This document shows, one piece after another, positions 16,541 through 22,398 of a stretch of 32,000 nucleotides of DNA. The position numbers and the translations under genes were made by a program. The stretch comes from Candidatus Saccharimonadota bacterium (GTDB taxonomy: Bacteria > Patescibacteriota > Saccharimonadia > Saccharimonadales > Saccharimonadaceae): contig JAIUPJ010000001.1 in assembly GCA_020160975.1 (NCBI GenBank), forward strand, positions 390,001 through 422,000, in the 5' to 3' direction. Under the pieces are notes generated by a model. It saw only the letters and a program-made list of their open reading frames with translations, did not search any database and was not told the origin of the DNA. Position 1 is the stretch's first letter. Every line of letters starts with the position of its first letter.

Positions 16541-16642
16541 TTACGTAAAGATGTATTCAATCACCTCATCGCCACGGCGAGCGAGGTTTTCGATACCGTC
16601 AAGTTCTGTTGAATTCCCACCTGTGAAATCTTGTGAATTCAT
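16541..16642 (-). CDS. candidate 33-aa acidic small ORF upstream of the GNAT gene
   Basis: It translates as MNSQDFTGGNSTELDGIENLARRGDEVIEYIFT. The ATG lies 13 nt after a perfect TATAAT. Its stop codon lies 9 nt before the GNAT ATG and adjoins the GNAT Shine-Dalgarno sequence. Confidence 0.35.
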   Translation of the reverse strand: MNSQDFTGGNSTELDGIENLARRGDEVIEYIFT

Positions 16643-16655
16643 AGTTAACATATGC

Positions 16656-16684
16656 ATTATAGCATATTTTTGTATATATTGCAA
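16656..16684 (-). promoter_or_regulatory. sigma70-type promoter TTGCAA-N17-TATAAT
   Basis: The -35 element TTGCAA is at 16684-16679, followed by an exact 17-nt spacer and the -10 element TATAAT at 16661-16656. It sits in the 156-nt AT-rich spacer after the stop of the upstream GNAT gene. Confidence 0.6.
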
Positions 16685-16687
16685 CAT

Positions 16688-17359
16688 TTAGGCTAATTCG
16701 ACATGCGTTTCAGCCCATTTCAACACTTCGCGAGTGAGTTCTCGTGCTTCGACTGATTTACGTGTCGGACGATCATCGCGCCACCAGCGGTTCCAGGCCC
16801 AACTGGTAGGATTGAGGCACTCAAAGCACTCTTTGTGGTGGAGCCTGCCATCAAAAAATATATCATTGCGCTCGGTATAGACAGAGGTATACCCCACCTT
16901 TTCGATGGCTCGACGGCTGGCCTCGTTGCCCTCGTACACCGCTGACTTGAGACGGACAATCGCCATCTGCTCAAACGCATACCATGTCCGGGCTCTGTGG
17001 CACGCACCGGCAATCCCTTTGCCCCAGTAGTTCTTGTCAACAATGGTGATACCAGTAGTGGCTTGCTTGAGCGGCTCGAGCTCGATGTCCATGAGGCTCG
17101 TCGAACCAATGAGCGTGCGGCTGTCGTTCTCGATCACCCAAATCCCCCATACAACTCGCGACGTATCCTTAATCATTGCGTCGTACCATTCACTCTCTGT
17201 CTCAGCTGTTTGCACGCTCGCATTGCCAAGGTACTTCGTGACAGACATCTGCGCAAACCCTGGCACAAAAGTCGCGATTACCTCCTCACGAGTAAACGGT
17301 GCCATCTCGATAGAGAGCTTGTTATCTGTAGTTAACTTCATGATTGAGCCGAATGCCAT
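16688..17359 (-). CDS. GNAT N-acetyltransferase, RimJ/RimL-like
   Basis: 223-aa ORF with YWGKGIAGACHRARTWYAFEQMAIVRLKSAVYEGNEASRRAIEKVGY. An AGGAGA Shine-Dalgarno sequence lies 6 nt upstream. Confidence 0.75.
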   Translation of the reverse strand: MAFGSIMKLTTDNKLSIEMAPFTREEVIATFVPGFAQMSVTKYLGNASVQTAETESEWYDAMIKDTSRVVWGIWVIENDSRTLIGSTSLMDIELEPLKQATTGITIVDKNYWGKGIAGACHRARTWYAFEQMAIVRLKSAVYEGNEASRRAIEKVGYTSVYTERNDIFFDGRLHHKECFECLNPTSWAWNRWWRDDRPTRKSVEARELTREVLKWAETHVELA

Positions 17360-17405
17360 ACTATATCTCCTGTACGTATAATACTATCACAACTGAGTAA
17401 CTTTT

Positions 17406-17795
17406 TTACATATTTGTTACTAATTTTATCTCAATGGCGAGAGTATGGTACATTTCTTGATCTGCTGCTGAGTAATACTTGCTGTATTCAGCAACCGCTT
17501 CTTCTCTGCTCTGCGCGCGAGGAATTACTTGTCGATAGTCTTCGCTGGTAAGCATGTCGAGAAATGATGAATAGTGCCGGATACCGACAATCTCTACGCG
17601 TGCGACATCTGACTCACCATATCGCAATTGGCCGTCTTTACCGCGATAATCTCTGCGTAGACTGACGGTATCACCGACGCGGTAGTCGACAAATTTACCA
17701 CGATTCAGCCGTCCTTCGATTGTCTTGCGACCAGCAATGATATCGTCGAGCAGAGACGACTCGCGGCCAGCGCTCCAAACCTTAGCCACGCTCAA
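17406..17795 (-). CDS. ASCH (PUA-like) domain protein
   Basis: 129-aa ORF with IIAGRKTIEGRLNRGKFVDYRVGDTVSLRR, typical of ASCH. The track start is TTG at 17795. GTG at 17789 has GAGGA 6 nt upstream and may be the true start. Either start overlaps the end of the upstream Gre-like gene. Confidence 0.7.
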   Translation of the reverse strand: MSVAKVWSAGRESSLLDDIIAGRKTIEGRLNRGKFVDYRVGDTVSLRRDYRGKDGQLRYGESDVARVEIVGIRHYSSFLDMLTSEDYRQVIPRAQSREEAVAEYSKYYSAADQEMYHTLAIEIKLVTNM

Positions 17796-18246
17796 TCCTC
17801 ACTACTGTCGCTGATGTCGCTCCCAGCATTACAGTATCTCCTATCTTTTTGCCCACAACTGCGATTGCGACCGGCGTGTGGCGACTTACCCAATAGACGC
17901 CGTCGGTATGCTGTCCTGCCTTGTGCGTCCAATCACCAGCAATCAGATAGCGCTTACCGTTATCAAGCCCCACCGTGTCTCCAATCCCGATGACACCTCG
18001 CTTTTTCTTTGGCGGCGTCAGTGTACTAGTACGGATCAGTGTGCGCAATTGATGTAACTCTGCGGCGTACATGGCTTGCTTGTCTCGTACAGCCTCGAAC
18101 GGTGAGTTATCGTGCCAGGTCTCGCTACTCTGCGAGAATGCGTCGTTAAAATCAGGACCAAGATCTTGGATAAGTTGCTCGAGCTCACGCACCCTCTTCT
18201 CGGCGTAGTGCCGATCAATCGGCAAAAGATATACTTCCTTCTTCAT
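17782..18246 (-). CDS. GreA/GreB-family transcription elongation factor-like protein
   Basis: The coiled-coil tip segment is SSETWHDNSPFEAVRDKQAMYAAELHQLRTLI (compare DLSENAEYHAAKEEQ). The C-terminal domain reads IGDTVGLDNGKRYLIAGD...VSRHTPVAIAVVGKKIGDTV. I prefer the ATG at 18246 (MKKEVYLL) because AAGGAA lies 7 nt upstream. Confidence 0.7.
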   Translation of the reverse strand: MKKEVYLLPIDRHYAEKRVRELEQLIQDLGPDFNDAFSQSSETWHDNSPFEAVRDKQAMYAAELHQLRTLIRTSTLTPPKKKRGVIGIGDTVGLDNGKRYLIAGDWTHKAGQHTDGVYWVSRHTPVAIAVVGKKIGDTVMLGATSATVVRIERG

Positions 18247-18350
18247 AATTGTTTTCCTTAATTGATTAGTAGAGTATAGATGCAATTGGTTCGGCTCGTC
18301 CGGACATTGCGAAGTGTTGTTATCATATCATAGTCACAAAAATACGCGAA

Positions 18351-20267
18351 ATGAGTACTACTTATGGTATAATAGTGGCAAATACTACTCAAAAAAATAA
18401 AAATATGCTTCACCACTACCACCTTCGCTATGTGATCTCCCACCTCCTAAAAAATAGGCGCTTGGCGCTGATCATGAGCAGTGTCATCATACTGTCGGCA
18501 GTTGTGACCTATCTCGTGCTCCGGACGAGCCTCCCGCTGACTCTTCGCTATGATGCAACCGACGTCAAGGTAGACGGCCCTCTTGCCATCACCCTCAATC
18601 AGCTCACGCACCCTATTGCGACAGATAAGGTACAGGTCGCTCCTGCGGTCAAGGGGACGTGGCAATACATTCAGCCCGATGTCACCAAAAACCCAAAGCT
18701 TGTGTTCACACCAGCGACCTACCTCAAAGAACACACCACCTACACGGTCACCATCCCTAATACAAAACGAGTATTTGGTGTCGAGCTAGAGGTGCCGAAG
18801 GTCTCATTTACCACCGAACGCGCGCCATCGCTCAAGAGTTCTGGCGCTGCAAGCTGGAAAGATGGACAAGTGGTTGCAGCCGATGAAACGGTACGAGTCG
18901 ACCTCGTCTCACCAAACCGTCACTTGCGTAAGCTAGAGCTGCGCACGACACCAGAGCTAGAAACAGTAAGCTCTGTACAGCGGGACCAGAGCTACTCCTG
19001 GAGCCCAAAGAATGGCGTCTGGCCACAAAACACCGATGTGACCATAGAGCTCTATGACACAAAAAATGAGCAGTCTTTGCTTAAAAAAACCATTCATATC
19101 GCTGCCGAGCCAGCGCTTACCTCTCCGCTTGCCCAAGGCAATATAGACGAGCGCGAGAGCATCAGCCTCACTTTCGACCAACCCATCGACCATCAGACTG
19201 CTCGTATCGCATTTGAGTTACCCGGTAAAGGCACCTGGAAAGATGGTACAACCTACGTATTTACCCCTGATAAACTGGAGCCGAACAAGAGCTATCCCTA
19301 TACTGTCGCAAAAGCGATGCGCAGTCGTGACGGCGGTATTCTGCAGCATGATATCGCAGGCTCCATCTCTACCGTCGGACCAATTACGGTTGTGGGCACC
19401 TCACCTCGTGGTGACGGTCTTGCCCAGGCAAGCCAAACGCTGTCTTTTACCTTTAGTCGTCCGGTAGATCATGTATCGGCCGAGCAGCGCTTATCGGTGT
19501 CTGCAGGGCAAGTGACGGGCATGTCATGGCGAGGAAATACACTCTACGCAACTGTAGCAAACCTCGGGTATCAACAGACCATAAGCGCCGCAATCGCTGC
19601 TGGCGTGAAGAATACAACATTTGGAGTACCGAGCACTCGCAGTTTCTCGCTCAGCTTTACCACAGAAGTGCGCAGCGCTCGATTGGACATTCCATTCTTT
19701 CGACAGCAACACGCTGCGACATGCACTGCAGCAAGCCTCCGCATGGCACTTGCCTACCGTGGCGTCGGTGCCGATGAAATAGGACTCGTTAACGCTATGG
19801 GCTACAATCCGCGGAGCATCGACAAAAGCACCGACCCTCCCGTCTGGGACGACCCTCAAACGATGTTTGTTGGGTCAATCGATGGGTCTATCACTGGCGG
19901 GACCGGTGCAGGACCAGATGCTCCTCCTGTAGCAAAAGCAGCGCGTGCCTACGGCCGCAACGCAAGTGCGGTCACAGGAGTAGACGCCGGGTGGATTGCT
20001 CAACAGCTCTATAACGGCAATCCTGTGATCATGTTTGGCGCCTTCAGCCGAACGGGTACTATCACCTGGAAAACACCAAGCGGAGACACACGTATCATGA
20101 ACCTCACAGGCCATGCCACTACTGTCACGGGAGTGAAAGGTGAACCATCTAACCCGATTGGATTCTGGGTAAATGACCCTCTCCGTGGTATATCATACTG
20201 GACGACAGCTCAGGTCAACGCAAACATTGCGCTCGACCCGGACAGACAAGCGGTTGTCATCTACTAG
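18351..20267 (+). CDS. membrane-anchored protein with tandem Ig-like (SbsA/Big-type) domains and C-terminal peptidase C39-like (YvpB-type) domain
   Basis: 638-aa ORF with a TM segment (LALIMSSVIILSAVVTYLVL). It carries four repeats of the type xxLxFxxPxxH (LAITLNQLTHP, ISLTFDQPIDH, LSFTFSRPVDH). The C-terminal LDIPFFRQQHAATCTAASLRMAL...LTGHATTVTGV supplies a Cys/His pair. An extended -10 TGgTATAAT at 18365-18373 lies inside the first codons, so the ATG at 18405 may be the real start. Confidence 0.7.
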   Translation: MSTTYGIIVANTTQKNKNMLHHYHLRYVISHLLKNRRLALIMSSVIILSAVVTYLVLRTSLPLTLRYDATDVKVDGPLAITLNQLTHPIATDKVQVAPAVKGTWQYIQPDVTKNPKLVFTPATYLKEHTTYTVTIPNTKRVFGVELEVPKVSFTTERAPSLKSSGAASWKDGQVVAADETVRVDLVSPNRHLRKLELRTTPELETVSSVQRDQSYSWSPKNGVWPQNTDVTIELYDTKNEQSLLKKTIHIAAEPALTSPLAQGNIDERESISLTFDQPIDHQTARIAFELPGKGTWKDGTTYVFTPDKLEPNKSYPYTVAKAMRSRDGGILQHDIAGSISTVGPITVVGTSPRGDGLAQASQTLSFTFSRPVDHVSAEQRLSVSAGQVTGMSWRGNTLYATVANLGYQQTISAAIAAGVKNTTFGVPSTRSFSLSFTTEVRSARLDIPFFRQQHAATCTAASLRMALAYRGVGADEIGLVNAMGYNPRSIDKSTDPPVWDDPQTMFVGSIDGSITGGTGAGPDAPPVAKAARAYGRNASAVTGVDAGWIAQQLYNGNPVIMFGAFSRTGTITWKTPSGDTRIMNLTGHATTVTGVKGEPSNPIGFWVNDPLRGISYWTTAQVNANIALDPDRQAVVIY

Positions 20268-20620
20268 TTAGCTACTGCGTCTTGCCGCTTTTGGACAAAG
20301 CCTGCAATGATGATGTCGCCATCACGCTTGCCAACGATTTTTCCTTTGTCATAGAAATTTGTGTACGTGCCGTCTTTGCGCTTGATTCGGTACTCTGTCT
20401 TGCACATGGGCTTGCGGCCTTCGATAAGATCCATCATATCCGTCATAATTCGCTCGTAATCATCCGGATGGACGATATAGGTAAACTGCTTGTAGTGCGT
20501 GTAATGTTCGTCTTCACGACCAAGCATCTTGAGTTTGTTGGGGCTGTACATCACCATGCCGCTCGGCAGCTCCATCCACCACCAGGCGATCTCAGCAGCT
20601 TCAAAGGCAGATTCCATCAT
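20264..20620 (-). CDS. stand-alone PAS domain protein
   Basis: 118-aa ORF with a PAS_3-like pattern (AWWWMELPSGMVMYSPNKLKMLG...YIVHPDDYERIMTDM...EYRIKRKDGTYTNFYDKGKIV). It has no output domain. Confidence 0.65.
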   Translation of the reverse strand: MMESAFEAAEIAWWWMELPSGMVMYSPNKLKMLGREDEHYTHYKQFTYIVHPDDYERIMTDMMDLIEGRKPMCKTEYRIKRKDGTYTNFYDKGKIVGKRDGDIIIAGFVQKRQDAVAN

Positions 20621-20674
20621 GTGTAGTTGGTGGAGTCATCAAGTATCATCTCACCTCAATATATACGCTATTTC

Positions 20675-20699
20675 AAAAACTCCCCTATTTCCAGGGGAG
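20675..20699 (-). terminator. rho-independent terminator of rpsO
   Basis: The stem pairs CTCCCCT (20680-20686) with AGGGGAG (20693-20699). On the minus strand it is followed by TTTTT (20679-20675). Confidence 0.7.
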
Positions 20700-20709
20700 T
20701 TTGTGGCGG

Positions 20710-20976
20710 CTACTTTCGGAGGCCTAGTGTATCGAGTACTGCTCTGTAGGCGTCAAAATCGGTCGTTTCAAGGTAACGCAGGAGCTTTTTACGCTTCCCT
20801 ACCATCTGAATCAAACCACGGCGCGCCATATTGTCGTGCTTGTTGGCTTTGAGATGTTCAGTCACCTCTTTGATACGAGCCGTCAAAATCGAAATCTGAG
20901 CCTGTGGGCTACCGACATCGTTTTTTGCAACCTGAGTCAAAGCAATAGCTTTCGCTTTGTTATCTTTAGTGATCAT
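20710..20976 (-). CDS. rpsO: 30S ribosomal protein S15
   Basis: 88-aa ORF with GSPQAQISILTARIKEVTEHLKANKHDNMARRGLIQMVGKRKKLLRYL. TACAAT (20985-20990) lies 8 nt upstream of the ATG. Confidence 0.95.
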   Translation of the reverse strand: MITKDNKAKAIALTQVAKNDVGSPQAQISILTARIKEVTEHLKANKHDNMARRGLIQMVGKRKKLLRYLETTDFDAYRAVLDTLGLRK

Positions 20977-21002
20977 AGTGAGTCATTGTACCAGATGTCA
21001 GA

Positions 21003-21689
21003 CTATCTTTCAATACTGAGGCCATCCAGCACCTTTGCCTGATCTATGTGCCAGGCCGCCACCCGTGTGCGTCGTAGCTCAGTGCAATATGCCTCTGTCC
21101 TCAACGCCTTCCCAAGATCGACCGCGAGGCTGCGGATATATGTCCCACTACTGACGTGGGTACGGATCTTGAGGTATGGATACGAATATTCCACCAATTC
21201 GAGCTCATAAATCGTCACGGTACGCTCAGGTATTTCGACTTCTTTACCGTCTCGAGCGAGTTTGTAGGCACGCTGCCCGTTAATCTTGATCGCACTAAAG
21301 ATCGGTGGTCGCTGGATGATTTCTCCAGTAAATTCAGCGAGAGCATCTGTAATCATACCCTCACTTGGGGCGATCTTATTTTGACACTCTGTAATTTCAC
21401 CTTCCGGGTCACCCGTCGTACTCGATGCCCCTAATCGAATCGTTGCTTCATACCATTTATCGAGTTTGAGAAATTCACCAGCTTTTTTGGTGGCATCGCC
21501 CACCAGGATAATCAAAAGTCCGGTCGCAAACGGATCAAGCGTGCCGGCATGACCGACGCGTAACTGCCGTTTGGTTGGCTTCTCACCTTTTTCCCTGTAT
21601 GCAGCCTTTATCTGTCCACGAAGCTTGGCGCAAACATCAAAGCTCGTCCAGCCTGCTGGTTTGTCTATGAGAACGATGTTGTCTGTCAT
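21003..21689 (-). CDS. truB: tRNA pseudouridine(55) synthase
   Basis: It has VLIDKPAGWTSFDV and the catalytic motif VGHAGTLDPFATGLLIILVG. I prefer the ATG at 21689 (MTDNIVLIDKP), which gives the usual TruB N-terminus. The track's start at 21815 would overlap the divergent gene by 100 nt. Confidence 0.9.
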   Translation of the reverse strand: MTDNIVLIDKPAGWTSFDVCAKLRGQIKAAYREKGEKPTKRQLRVGHAGTLDPFATGLLIILVGDATKKAGEFLKLDKWYEATIRLGASSTTGDPEGEITECQNKIAPSEGMITDALAEFTGEIIQRPPIFSAIKINGQRAYKLARDGKEVEIPERTVTIYELELVEYSYPYLKIRTHVSSGTYIRSLAVDLGKALRTEAYCTELRRTRVAAWHIDQAKVLDGLSIER

Positions 21690-21697
21690 ATATTTCA

Positions 21698-21705
21698 AGT
21701 ATACT
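21698..21705. promoter_or_regulatory. palindromic -10 box AGTATACT shared by divergent truB and PIG-L genes
   Basis: The intergenic spacer is 24 nt (21690-21713). TATACT reads on both strands (21700-21705 plus, 21703-21698 minus). Each copy lies exactly 8 nt from its ATG (21714 and 21689). Confidence 0.45.
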
Positions 21706-21713
21706 AGGTTGCA

Positions 21714-22397
21714 ATGAAAAAGATTATTATCGGCGTGTTTGCCCATCCAGACGACGAAGCATTCGGTGTTAGTCCCACGCTGATAAAAGAAATCCGCGAA
21801 GGCGCAGAGGCGCATCTAATCACACTAACGGCAGGCGAAGAAGGTGCTAATCCCGATAATCATGCAGAGCTCGGTACAGTGCGACTCCACGAGTGGCAGC
21901 GTAGCTGTGAGCTCATGGGCATCACTCGCTGTCATCACTTAGGATATACCGACGGCACACTCTCGAATACTGATCTTCTGTCTATCGCCGATCGGGTTGG
22001 CCAGCTGACAGAAAATATCTTGGCTACCACCGACAGCCCTATTGAATTCATGAGTTTTGATATGAACGGCATCTCTGGGCATATCGACCATATCGTTGCC
22101 TCGCGTGCTACTGCATTGGTATTTTATCGACTGAAACAACTGCTCCCCGAGCGCATCACGCGCTTGCGCCTCCGCTGCCTGCCCATTGAGCAAGTACCGC
22201 AACATACTATTGACTGGCTCTACATGGACGCAGGTCGCACGAGTGATGAAATCACCGAAGTTGTTGATGCACGGGAATACCACGATACAATTATCGAGGT
22301 GATCCGCAGCCACCATAGCCAGCGAGCTGATGGCGAAACGCATATCGCCCGATATGGCAACGATATCGGTATCAATCACTTTATCGTCAAGCAGTAG
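21714..22397 (+). CDS. PIG-L/LmbE family deacetylase
   Basis: 227-aa ORF with the N-terminal signature IGVFAHPDDEAFG and a downstream HIDH. Confidence 0.8.
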   Translation: MKKIIIGVFAHPDDEAFGVSPTLIKEIREGAEAHLITLTAGEEGANPDNHAELGTVRLHEWQRSCELMGITRCHHLGYTDGTLSNTDLLSIADRVGQLTENILATTDSPIEFMSFDMNGISGHIDHIVASRATALVFYRLKQLLPERITRLRLRCLPIEQVPQHTIDWLYMDAGRTSDEITEVVDAREYHDTIIEVIRSHHSQRADGETHIARYGNDIGINHFIVKQ

Positions 22398-22398
22398 T

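Noticed and set aside
21690-21815. N-terminal 42-aa extension of truB (track start at 21815)
   Set aside because: The extension has no similarity to TruB and would overlap the divergent PIG-L gene by 100 nt. The internal ATG at 21689 gives the canonical TruB N-terminus and has a TATACT box 8 nt upstream.
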